Below, in pieces: positions 35,915 through 50,338 of a DNA stretch of 64,000 nt. Every line of letters begins with the position of its first letter. Positions within the stretch are counted from its first letter, which is position 1. Source of the stretch: Oikopleura dioica (lineage: Eukaryota; Animalia; Chordata); contig OU015568.1 in NCBI GenBank assembly GCA_907165135.1, positions 1,612,001 to 1,676,000 of the forward strand, given 5' to 3'. The notes under the pieces are model-generated. The model saw only the letters and a program-made list of their open reading frames with translations, had not been told where the DNA came from and did no database searches. The position numbers were made by a program, and so were the translations under genes.

Positions 35915-38016
35915 CGACTGTTTGCCTACTGACAGGGATTCTATTCTTCCTCAAGGATTCAAAACTCAAGAAGCTTCTTCTTCAAGATAAAGTCGTCGTC
36001 ATTACAGGTTCGTGCACAGAATCTGTATTCAGATGGATATTTTCAGTATTTCAGAATTGCTAGCTTCAGTTTTCAATCGCTTATAAGTTCATAAAGCACG
36101 CGTTTCTGATTCAAAAGCGGAACATGTACCTTGGTTACTAATCTGTTTATATGATTATAAAGAGCAGTTTTAATAACATTCGTTTATTTAACGAAAAACA
36201 AGGCTACACATTATTGTTAACTCGTGATTGTTTATGGCCACGTTTTTTTTACACACGTTTTAGCTTCGATTTCTTCATCTTTTAGTAATCAAATCATCAA
36301 AATCGTAATAGGATTATTAATCGATTACAAATTGAAATTTGCTGACAATAACTCATTTCTTTTTCTAGGAGGAACACAAGGACTAGGGCTAGCGATCGCG
36401 AAAGAATGTGTCAAGCGAAAAGCGAAAGTTGTTCTTATTTCCAGAAGAACTATCGACCCACTATCAGAAGAAGGATTGAAGGACGGCTGTGTGGAGAGTT
36501 TGAGGTAATGAAAAATTATTATTAATTCACTATCGCTATTTTATGAATTTAAGTTCATGAAAGCATTCTAGCGCCGATGTGACGAATCCATCCGACTTGG
36601 AAAAAGCGTTTTCTACAATCATCAGCAACAGCGAATTCGGAAAGATTGATGTACTCATCGCTTCTGGTAAGCTTTTCTGAAGCTAAATGTACAGTCTTAC
36701 TTTCATGACTAAACCCTTTCGAACTCTTACTCGCAAACTAGAAATTAAATACTAAGGCGGCTTAGAGACTATCTTGCTTTTCTAGTAATTCTACCCGTTT
36801 CAAAAGTAAGAAGGGATAGATTTTGAAAAGTTTGTTAGAATAACTTAAGTTTTTAAAGCTATTTTTAAGCTGGACTCAGCCGCTCAGCGCGAACCGAAGA
36901 CCTGCCGTTTCAACAGATTCAATCGCAAATTGACGTCAACACTCTAGGTATTTTTAAACTCCAAAACACAAAGCGAACAGGGTACTTTTTCGAGCTCCAA
37001 ATAAAACTGAATTTAATCGAATCCGAAACTTAATTAAACGAACAGCCTTTAGTTTTTGTAGAAAAGTGTTTTGAAAGCTTCTTTGTTTCGTAAACCCTTC
37101 AAAAAACGAGTTCATTTTCTGCAGTTTGCTGGAACTCGCGTTAGTGTTTATGTTTTTTTTCTGCGTCACAGAAATATTTTGCTTGCAATCATACACTTTT
37201 CGGCGTTCCAGTTTGGTTGTTCGAGGGTCACCCGTACTAAGCGCATATATGTTCATTCCAGAAACAACCGAATTCCAGCTCCCCTAACTCTCTAAGCCGA
37301 AGGGAGTTAGCCTTAGATGATTTTCTTTAGGTGTGATGAATGCTGTCCGAGCTGCACTGCCAATACTCAAATCCCAAAACACGAACTCTCGAATCGCCAT
37401 CATCAGCTCCGTCGCCGGCCAAATCGGGCTCTGGGGAATGTCTGCTTATTGTGCCAGTAAATTTGCGCTCAGAGGATTCGCTGATGCTCTTGGTATGGAA
37501 TTGGAAGGCTCAAACACTGCTGTTACGATCATTTATCCGCCGGACATGAATACTCCTGGCTTGGCGACGGAGAATTTGACCAAACCTGAAGTTGTCAAGC
37601 AAAAGGGTCGACAAGGCATTTTTGTGAACTTGAACAGCGGAAACCGCTTGCGGCTTTCAAAACTAAATGATTCTTAATTCGCGGCTATCTTAGATATATT
37701 GAAATAGAAGCTTCTTTTTTACAACCTTTCGATCCCGATTTAGGCTATTTCTGCTCTTGCTGATGAAGTAGAACCAGATAGCATCGTTCCCGGAATCGTC
37801 AATGCCGTGGAAAACGGACAAACGGACCATTCAATCGGAATCGACGGCTGGTTTGCCACGCGAGTAACTGCTGGACTAGGACCGACGAATTCGTTTTTGA
37901 ATCTTTTCTTTGAAGTCTTTTTCGGCGGAGTGATGCGGCTCATCGCCCTCGTGTATAGAAAAGTCATCAGATATACGATCAACAAGTGCGAAAGAGAACT
38001 GGAAAAGAAGAGGTAG
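35915..38016 (+). CDS. KDSR: 3-ketodihydrosphingosine reductase (SDR family); start codon not resolved
   Basis: VVVITG|GTQGLGLAIA; IISSVAGQIGLWGMSAYCASKFALRGFADAL.ME (YxxxK); YPPDMNTPG; GIDGWF..TAGLGP..; C-terminal hydrophobic helix as in KDSR/FVT1. Confidence 0.85.
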
Positions 38017-40879
38017 AAAAAGTGCATGGAAAACGCTTAATTCTTCAATTTTTATAAAGCCGATTGCTTCAATAATCCAGCATTGAGCCTCAACTTTAAT
38101 TCTCAATTCCGATCGGTCTAACAAGAACGGTTTTTCTTGTTGTTCAAAATATTCTATTACACAAATTTTTGAGATTTCTTCGTACCTTAGCAATCTGTGT
38201 AGAGATACCGGCTCAAGTATTCTACACAGGTTGCTGATCTCTACTTCAAATTGCTAAAATAATGATCAACTTCTTAGCAAAATTCATCAACCCGCTGAAA
38301 AAACTGACTTCTGACTCAGAAAGACTGAGTACAATTCTTATTCATTCCGCGAATCAAATAATAGTACTTCTTGCACTCCACCTGTCTAATTGCCAATCGC
38401 CTTATTTCGTAAGAAACAGTACTTCTGCTTCAGTAATCAATATTATGCCCTTTGCTTCACTATTATTATCACACTTTGCTTTTATTTCTGCTTTTTCTAT
38501 TCTTTTTTACTAATGCTGCTGCCCTATCCTGTCCACTTGTTTAGACTTCAAACTCGGGGGAGTCATTTATTCTCTTGAAAAGTTAATCAACGAATATTAA
38601 TTTAATTTGCACCACATTGAAACAATAATATGAATTACGTTTTTTCTTGTTTTAGAAACTGACCAAAACAATTATAACAACTATCATGAAATAAAGTTCA
38701 TTCCGTATTTAATTCATGTGCGTTTTCTATCATTAAGAAATTGAATATAGTCGGGAAAGCTGCATGCAGTTTCAAGGAAACAACAAGACAGCCGTGCACT
38801 GCGCGGCTTTATAGGTTTTTCAGCTCGAAGCCGCAAGCGGCTTCTCGATGTACTGAATTTAGAGATATCTAGCGACCTAAACCCAGAAGCCTGAAACCGG
38901 AGTCATTCTCATGAATCGTGATTCCTGTTCGTGAAAAACTGACCCTGATTATAGTTCACTCAGGTCCTGAGTAAAAAAAAACGCAGGAAAAAACAAGTGT
39001 TTTATTTCATTTTTATTCTCGAACGTATTTCAGTAAGAATACAGTAATGATAAAATGAGGATATGAATTTCAAATAGCGCCAGTCAAAGAATAACGAATA
39101 TACAGGCAAACGAGGTCAGAGAGTAAAAGTAGCAGTTGAGTTAGGAATCAAATTTCTTGTAACGCGGCGACGATTTCTTCATTTGAAAGCCCAGTTTGTT
39201 TCAATCGCTAGAAAAATGGGTTTAAAATTGAATTTTACTAAAAGAGTGTCTTACCATGATGATCATAATTTGAAGTTTGGACAAGTTTAGTTCCTCGGAA
39301 AGCTTCTCTGCGATATTTCCTCCATTGATGATGTTTTTCAACTGCTGAGAAAACATTATGTATTTTCTGACTTTTGTTAATAGTTGTGTTTCTAAGCAAT
39401 ATGATGATAAGGGTTAATTCGCGCGAATTCTTATAGTAGCGCGAGCGCGCGCTCAGAGGCGCCCCCGGAGTCGTCGCGATCAATTTTGCGTCGCTAGCAC
39501 AAAATCTTTCTTTTCGATAGATTTTTGGAGAAAACAAACAACAATTGAATCATCGAATGAAAATTTCAAGTTGGATTTCCAGAATTTTCGGTGGCAACAT
39601 AAATCATCTTATTGTACCTTGTAAAACTAATACAGTCAATGTTTGCATGCTACAACTGTAGTCGAAGAAGACTTTAAACTAATATTGACCTTCAAGCAAC
39701 AATAATATGGCTTTTTTTGAAAATCTCGTCCCATTGTCGCCCAAAGCCTCCTTTTTTACCGAATTATTACGGATTCATTCATGGAGAAAAAATTGTCTTT
39801 TACATAAATCGAGAGACAAAAGTTCAATCAGGTCCGTCTTGGTAAATGCAAATATTCGTTTAGCTTCTTGCGCAAATGTTCTGTCATCGGGGCAATTAGA
39901 AATATTTTATTTCGGGAAAGAGTTCAGGTCAAAGTGAGCTTCGAAAGAGATTTGAAGAGAATTTGAACCCTTTTTCCCATTTTTGAAATGGGAACGGGTG
40001 AAGATAGCGAAATGAAAGTAGGGACTGTTAATTATGCTTTTGATGGTGGCGAGAACAGGAATTGGATTGAACTGGTTATTTTCTTCAAGAGTGAACTTTT
40101 TTGATTGAAATCTACGGTACTCTGGAATAAGTCTGAATAAGGCTCTTCCCTTCCGCTTCTCGATCGATTAATCATTAAAACCGGAGGTTCATTACTAGAG
40201 AAATTGAATAAAATGATCCTTACCATGTTTTAAAATAGCTCAAAAGGGCGTAAAACGGAAGGAACAAAGTATCCTGAAAACATGAAAACGAGCAGAATTT
40301 AGCGATGCAGCAAAAAATATTTTACTCAACAATAACTAAACTTGCAAACAATATAACTTTTCTTGATACCATAAGAATCGATTTATAAGAAGAAGAACTT
40401 TCCTCTTCCTATTTTGATTAATCAAACGTCATCAATGTCATCGCAAATCATTAATGGGCGCTAATTAGGCCCGGTTAGATTGGCTGGGCTCATATTTTTT
40501 CAAGTCTCGATGAATGTGAGACTTGAGCCCAGTCTATTGTAATTTAACGAAAATCGATGGGCCCGGCAGCACGGGATTGGGCTCCGTATCTTGCTCCTCT
40601 CTTATTAATCAACTGACAAATTTGAAATACATTTCTTTCAAAGTTTTTCCCGCCCCAAGCCAAAGCGCGGCCAATTTTGAGGTTTTAACAAGTTTATTGC
40701 TTGACTTCTTTTTTATTACAATAAAGAGAGATGCGCTTTGAAGAAATTTCCTAAATGAAACATGAAAGTCAGGGATTTAAAACAAAAAAATATTTTTAAT
40801 CGGGGAATTACTTTTTTCGAATGAAAAATGTTAATTGTCATTTATTTGATTGTCTTACGATTTTATTTTTCGTTCTTGT

Positions 40880-43800
40880 TAAAAAATCCCCTCCTGAAGC
40901 TTCCCAAATCTCCAACCGAGATGACGAGGGTCTAATATCGAGACTGGATGATTTACCGGAAACGGACGCACCCGGACCCTCCAGTTTAAGAAACAATAAT
41001 CGAGACCTGAATCCTATCCAAAATATAAGCGAGAAGAATGAGACTTCTTTTGGAATCGAAGGAGCAGCAGGAACTTCTAAGCGACGGTAAGCGCTTTTCT
41101 TCTTCTAGAATTTTCTGATGAAAGTTTATCAGTGATTTTTTAGTCAAAAGAATAGTCAGTCAGAGTTTTCAATGAATACTAAACGTTATTCACAATGAAT
41201 ATTCTTAGAGAAAAGTAAGCAGATAAAATAGCAATTCCTTGACACAAAATTTCTAGCGGTGTTCAACTCGATTGGAAAGACCTGACTGTAACTGGCACAC
41301 AGAACAAGCAGGCAAAGACAATTCTACACAATGTCAGCGGCAGCGCTAAGCCAGGAACACTCATGGCAATCATGGGCTCGTCTGGCGCTGGAAAAAGTAC
41401 GTTGATGAACACGCTGACGAGAAGAAACATCAACGGATTGACCATCACCGGAAAAGTGGAAGTGAGCGGAGTGAGTTTGGGAGAAGACATAAGCCACATC
41501 TCGGCGTATATTCAACAGAACGATGTTTTCATAGGAGCATTGACGGTCGAAGAGCATTTGAGATTTCATGCGCGCCTCAAGCTTTCGAAGAAATCGAAGA
41601 GTTTTCAGGAAGACAAGATTAAAGAAGTTATCAGGTACTGACCTAGTTTTGTGCGACCCAAAAGTGTCCATCGAATGTCGGTCCGCTTAAACTCCGCTCG
41701 TCAGTTTTTCGGGAATAATTTGAATCTCTACAATCGCCTCTGATTCAAAGCCCCTTTTTCAGAATCATGGGCCTGCAAAAATGCGCGAAGACCGTCATCG
41801 GCACCCCGGGACTGTCGAAAACGATCTCCGGCGGTGAAATGAAGCGACTTTCAATTGCGTCGGAGATTCTGGTCGATCCGCCGATCATTTTCGCCGACGA
41901 ACCTACTTCTGGGCTGGATTCATACTTAGCGAGTGCGGTCTGTCAAACATTGAAAGATCTGGCGAGGAACGGAACGACTGTTTTGTGCACGATTCATCAG
42001 CCGAGCTCGGAGATTTTCGACATTTTTGACTCTCTTCTGCTCCTTTCTATGGGGCGATGCGTCTACTTGGGGCCAAAGAACGAAGCAAAGACTTTTTTCC
42101 AGTCTATCGGCAACCCATGTCGCGAGAACTACAACCCAGCTGACCATTACATCTGGGAAACGAGCGTTCTTGAAGGGAAGGAAGAAGAATCGAAAACGAA
42201 GATACTCAAGATCTGGGAAAACTTCAATTCGAGCAATTACAGGCGACAAATTGAAGGAGGCCAGGTTGAATCAATCAAATCTGATCCTCTTGTTGCGGAT
42301 GTGACGAAAGAAGCAAAGGCGAACAAGGCCAATTGGTTCGTGTCTTTTTACATGTTGCTTTGGCGAGCGCTGATTTCGCAGTACAGGGACAAATCGACCG
42401 CTGGAATGAAGTTTGGACAGAACATTGGAACTGCGATTATTGTTGGACTAGTCTACTTGAGAATTCCATGGAGTAAGTGACTAGTTTGATGATTTTAGGG
42501 TAATCTGAGGGGCTTCCAGCCAATCAGAAGCAACTTTGCTTTTCGAAATACCTTTTCTTTCTATTACCAACAATTTCAGATGCTAACGATAACCCTTACG
42601 ATCAAACCGACGTCTTCAACATCAACGGTGCTATCTTCTCTGCCGTCTGTTCTTTCTCCTTCGCCTACCTCTTTCTCGTCGTCTTCTCGTTTCCGAGAAT
42701 GAAAGTCGTTCTTCGACGAGAATACTACGACGGGCTCTATCCACTCTTCATCGCATTCCTGACTGAAAGCGCTGCCGGACTGCCATTTCTATTCGCCATG
42801 CCATTCATATTTCGTAAGTAGGGCGACTCAACTGTCTATTAATTGTAAATCCAATACTAATTAGTATCGAAAATTCGAGGAACTGCGGGGATCGTCCAGG
42901 TTGATACCAGGATTAATAAACTCGTCAATATCTGATACTGACAATATTTTGACACGAGTGTTCGTTGATCGTTTTTCCTAGATTTATTAAGGGCTTTTCT
43001 TGTTAAACAATTTTTATCGTAAACAGTACCATTAAACATTAAGACAGGCCAAAAATTGAAGGAAATGATCATGTTCGTTTATTTATAGGAATACCAGGCT
43101 AAAGGCAGTTTTTAACCCAGTTACAGGATGTATTTTCAAGTGTGCAGTCTACTTTTTTAAACAGATTTTTTAGTTGGGATTCAGTATTGTATGATTGGAT
43201 TGTTTCCAAGCTGGAGTGCGTTCTGGGCGATGTACTTGACTTGTATTATGATTGCTCTTTCTGCTACAGGTACGGAATTCACTATTAGGTCCGCTGCTAA
43301 AGTTTTCTTCAAGGATATGGCTACATGATTTCCGCAATCGCTCCGACCATTGAAGCTGCAAATGCGATCGCTCCTCCACTGATGGTTCCGCTTTTGCTCT
43401 TTGGAGGATTTTTCCTTCAATCGGACTCGGTTCCGCCATGGTTCATCTGGCTCAAGTACATTTCTTGGTTCTACTACGGCGCGGAGAATTTGTACGTTGC
43501 ACAATGGAGAGATGGAGGATTCTGTGGATTGAGTAGACAGACAAACATTCTTGCAGTAAGTTTCGGTACAAACCTCAATTCATTTCGAGAATCTGAAAAT
43601 CCCGTTATTGCGAATTTGCCCGTTATAATTGTGGCCCCCCTTTTTATGACACAAAATTTAATAAACGCCCGTAACTCATTTTTTTAGGAGTTTTCTTCGG
43701 GTTCGAGTTCTGGTACGAGTTTGGGTTCGTACTCGGGTTCAAACTTTGGCTCAGAGTCTGCTCTTGGTTTCGGTTCTAGATAATGCCCGCGTTTAGCCCA

Positions 43801-44257
43801 TAAAATAGCCTCCAGGGGGCAGTAAAGGGGATGTGCCATATATGACATATTATCGTCGGTGCATACATACGTCTATCGAAGACATAAATCGACGTAAATC
43901 AAATAATTTTCTTCATTAAAAATGTCTAATGGTTTCTAAACTGTGTTTAACTGTGATTTCAGGGTTTCTTCCGAGCTGCTGCCCAAAATGCAAGCGAATG
44001 TGCCCCAACATCTTTCAACGATTGCTGCGAATATCAAATAAAAGACCCACTGATCTCTTTTGTCGACGGAAGCTATGTACTGGAAACATACAGTTACAAG
44101 GTAAATCCATTAAAAAATTCTCAATGTGGTTCATCCTTTATTTTAACAGGAGGAGCACTGGTGGAGAAACATCGGATGTCTTGTTGGTCTTGCTGTTGGC
44201 TTCAGACTCTTAGCTTATTGTATTCTAGCTTTTAAATTCCGCGCTTCAAATCGCTAA
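40880..44257 (+). CDS. ABCG half-transporter, white/scarlet-like (5' end approximate)
   Basis: Walker A GSSGAGKSTLMN; AYIQQNDVF; ISGGEMKRLSIASEIL..FADEPTSGLDSY; CTIHQPSSE; YNPAD. TM domain with REYYDGLY and PPLMVPLLLFGGFFLQSDSVPPWFIWLKYISWFYYG. Stop at 44257. Confidence 0.9.
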
Positions 44258-44357
44258 TCGACTGTAACTTACGATGCCTTGTTTATTCACTGAAAATTTA
44301 AATAAAAATGAAGAATCCTCAATTATACATTTTGATTTATTGAAGAAATAAGGTGTT

Positions 44358-46506
<2,149 letters not shown>

Positions 46507-46984
46507 TTTCTTTCTTTCTTCAAGTTCCCTCTCTTCGATTAATACAAAAGCTCGTCTTGGAAAGAAAACAATAAAAAAGGTTTATGCTACTAGAAACAAA
46601 GCGTATTTTTGAGGTCAAGGTTTTTGGGCGTGTCAATAAGGAGCGTGCAAGGTGAGTCACATTTTGAAACAAGGGTGATAGAAATGCAAATGTTTGATTC
46701 TATCTAACGACAAAAGAACTCTTCCTCCGAAGAAACCCTTGAACCCTTAAATAAAACAATAGGAGAAAGTTGAAAATTCAGCAGTCCAAAATCCGTCTGC
46801 CAGAAGTCGCCATATAAATTTAATGTTATCGGGAGAAACATGACCGATTCAATTCCATTAAAACATGCCTCCTGTGGTTCTCCATTCTTCGCCTTTGCTT
46901 CATCGCTAGATGGCGAAACGCATATAAAAACGAAGAAGATACCTGACTGATTACTCAAGCAAAAGAAAAAGAAACAAGAAAAAC

Positions 46985-47205
46985 ATGAAAATTTTCAAAA
47001 CACTCAGCTTTACTGCTTTATTTGCTTCTTCTCACGCCGGTCCTCTTCAACTGTAAGTAACCAGGATTTATAGTTCTGTAATTCAGCTGTACCTTTTTCA
47101 AGGAGAAGCGAAAAACTCGGATATAGCGACGGAGGACTCATTTCAATCAACGGTTTTATGGATCAGTTCCGAAATGGAAACTATGGAGTCAAATTTGGCA
47201 AGTGA
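46985..47205 (+). CDS. Small secreted peptide precursor with a C-terminal amidation signal (2 exons; absent from the ORF track)
   Basis: Intron 47053-47102 (GTAAGT..TTCAAG). The spliced product is MKIFKTLSFTALFASSHAGPLQLRSEKLGYSDGGLISINGFMDQFRNGNYGVKFGK*. AATAAA lies downstream near 47265. Confidence 0.65.
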
Positions 47206-47365
47206 TTTACAACTCCAAACGTAATATAAAAGTATTTATCTGTGGTATGAATAATAACGAATGCAATAAAAAATCCATCATGAATTCGGTTGTTTTTTTT
47301 TATTATATAAAAATTTTGCCTAACAGCGAGTTATAAAAAAGTATCACAAGTGAAAAGGCTGATTC

Positions 47366-49164
47366 TCAGACCGCTTCAAAGAGCTCGATCTTCTGAACTG
47401 GCAACCATTTCTTCTTCTCGTATTGTTTCCATCCTTCAAGTGGAAGTTCGTGGGTCGACTTTGATTTGCAATAAACCCAACATGCTATAAATAAACCACA
47501 TGAGGAATAAAAGATAATGAATGAGTACCGTTCGAGCCCGTATCGGGCGAGATTTTCCACTTGTTTTTGTCGAAGAATAAAAAGATGTCTTGTCCTTTTT
47601 TCGACCTCTTGTAAACAGGCAGGCCATCAGAAGTAACATCGAAGAGTTTATATGAGCCTTGGATCATCTTGCTCTTCCACTTCGAGTAAAACTCCCCATG
47701 AAGCCGAATTTTTGTCAACCAGCCATCTAATTTCATTGACATCAATAATTGATCTCAATTCAAAACTTACCATTTTGAAGGATTTCGTTTTCGGGATCCT
47801 CTGTATCGGCTTCGGAAGGTCGTTTGAGCTTGAATTCAGATAGAGTCATCTCATCGCTCTCATTGCGTCTTTTAACGACCCGAGGTATTTCATTTTTATC
47901 TGCTTTGGATAATGAAAAGTTCTTCTTGATTGTTGAAGCTTCGAACTGACCGGGCTCCATTTTCTTCCGCGGAACTGATTGATCTCGGCGAATCGTCGTA
48001 ACGCCTTAATAAATTTTGCTACCGCTTGAGCCCTACTTCTATTAATTTACCAGAAAACTCAACGTCTTCTTTTTCACCCGGATTTTCAAATGAAACATTG
48101 GAATCATTTCTCAAAGTATTGTCGCGAGAATAGAGGCTCTGCGATAGCCGGCTTCGATCTACGGAAATCTTCCTAGCTTTCCTTGACTTTCGGAAATCTG
48201 ATCGTCGAGATAAAGTGTGGTTGAAACTGTTGTTGTACGATTGCTGCCGATTGAAGGATGTTTCCGGCTGAAAAAAAGGAGTCAGGAAAGGGGACCAAAC
48301 AGAGGATTTACCCGGTTGATTGATGTTTCCCTTTCGTCCTGAGCATCATTCTCGTCTTCTTTTTTGACATCGTTTTGGTCATTCTTTGATTCTTGGCCAT
48401 TGGTATAAATTGGCTCGTAATTTTCATATTTCTTCTTTAGCTCCAACAAACGAGCTCGATTCGCGAGGAACAGAATAATCTGCGCATCTGATCGACCTCG
48501 AGCGTGGAAAGGAAGGTCTTCATACAATTGCTGTCTATCAATTTGTTTCTAGAATCAAATCAGCTCCAATCTCACGACTAAATTACCTTTGGTTTCAGAT
48601 GATTTGGCTTGAGCCTGTTCAAAAATGCCATGTTCATTCGATATCTTTCAATTTGCTCTTGCGTTCTCCAAGTTTCATGCTTTCTCTCACTGTACTCTCC
48701 GGGAATGTAAATGTCGCCCGCCTTTCGTTTGTAATCATCATCTTCATCATCCGACATGACATTGTCTTCTGGGCCAAGTTCTTGTCCGACAGTGTTTTTC
48801 AAACTTTTTCCTTTCATCAGTTTCTGAAGAATCGTATTGTCCAATCTCATCCCTTTCTGGGGAGCTCCTGGAGCAACAGGCACCCCTCCCCCGCCGTTTC
48901 CGCTTGTTTGTTTCAACGCCAAGGTTTCTGTTTTTCCAAAACTAGATTCCTGTCCCCTCCATTTGTTCAACGCCGCATCGAGATCTTTTTTGTCCCCGTC
49001 AATTTTAACCGGCTGCCATCCTGCACCTTCTGTTTCATAAACACGAGGCTGGATGAAAACGGGCCCGGATGGGCGGTAGTCTTCGTCGTCTGAAGAATCG
49101 GTTGCCGTTGTATACTCCGAATCAGACAGACTTGATAGTTTTTTCTTAGATATTTTTCTTGCAT
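47366..49164 (-). CDS. Uncharacterised multi-exon gene(s): charged low-complexity region and a small C-terminal beta-rich domain
   Basis: Long open segments 48578-49090, 48282-48527, 47760-47990, and 47485-47745 (GSYKLFDVTSDGLPVYKRS..IFLFFDKNKWKI). The joins are not all resolved. Confidence 0.4.
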
Positions 49165-49854
49165 TTATGCTTACCTGATAAAAGCAGTAGGGCCCGGTGG
49201 GATAAAATCCGTCATTTTCAAATTATTTTTATTCTCTTGAGTCACCTTTGTTAGGGACTATTCTGGATACGAGCCCGACCTGATTGGGGGTAGTAAAATA
49301 TCAAGCCCCAAAGCATCATAAAAACCTACCACAACAAGAAATTAACCAGGTAAGATGGTAATATTGAAAATAGTAAGTGTATTTATAGTATAAATTTTAT
49401 ACCCTTACACAGGGTGCTGAAAGTAATATTGAAGACCATAAGTTTTTGCGAATCTCTTTTGGTAAATAATTACATGAAAGTTGGGGCTGACACTCATAAA
49501 TAACATAAATCTATTGTATTGATTAAAAGAAAAACCTTATTTTTACCGCCCATGTTCTTGGGCTTCGTTTCTTAACAAGAGGTAAACAGGGGATTACTAC
49601 CGTTGATACGATTCTATTCTATCAACTGTGTACCTGTGTGGATATAATATCAAGGATATTGAATTCAATCACAAAGCCTATCTTCCAAGCGCTGTATATG
49701 TATCCTCATCCAGCTGATCCAGCCCCGGTTGATCGGTTCGTGTTTCCATAGGCTGCAGAAAACGAAAGAGAGAGAGAGAGGAAAGAGCTAATGCTGAATT
49801 CTCTGGAGAAATTAATTTCTAAGAAGTCTTACGGTCAAGGCTCTTACTTTATTC

Positions 49855-50259
49855 GTGGTTATATTTGATACCCATGAAATATATGTGGAGACCAGAAATA
49901 GAAATGTCGTTATGATCGAGTTATGCATCAGCATTGTCGTTTTGCTGATGGTTTTCTTCTTTATCGGAGCAATGTATCTTTTTCTCCAATATTTTTTCAA
50001 AGAACAACGACTTCGATTCCAAGATTTTTTGCGATACCAGTATCAAGAGGTAACGAACAGCAAAGATTTTCACACAATTTTGGATTCAGAAATATGCGAA
50101 TATTACTGCAAGAGTTTCAATTCCGCAAAGCCGCAAAAGAATCATCGACATTCTTTTGTCTTTACTGTATTTTACGATCCCAAAAGGGTCTTTGAGCAAG
50201 TCGTCATCAGAAAAAGAGCTCTTGCTGCCCAAATGAACTTAATTGAAAGATTAGTTTAA
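49855..50259 (+). CDS. Possible small single-pass membrane protein
   Basis: ORF with an N-terminal hydrophobic helix ELCISIVVLLMVFFFIGAMYLFLQYFF. No other support. Confidence 0.3.
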   Translation: MVIFDTHEIYVETRNRNVVMIELCISIVVLLMVFFFIGAMYLFLQYFFKEQRLRFQDFLRYQYQEVTNSKDFHTILDSEICEYYCKSFNSAKPQKNHRHSFVFTVFYDPKRVFEQVVIRKRALAAQMNLIERLV

Positions 50260-50338
50260 TAAACAGCAACATTCTACTTTTTAATTTATTTATCTTGGTC
50301 ATAAGAATATTGGCTAATTCATTCATTCTTTCTTGAGA

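Noticed and set aside
46704-46958. 84-aa minus-strand ORF upstream of AADAT
   Set aside because: No homology cue, splice support or clear signal peptide; it sits in a divergent promoter region.
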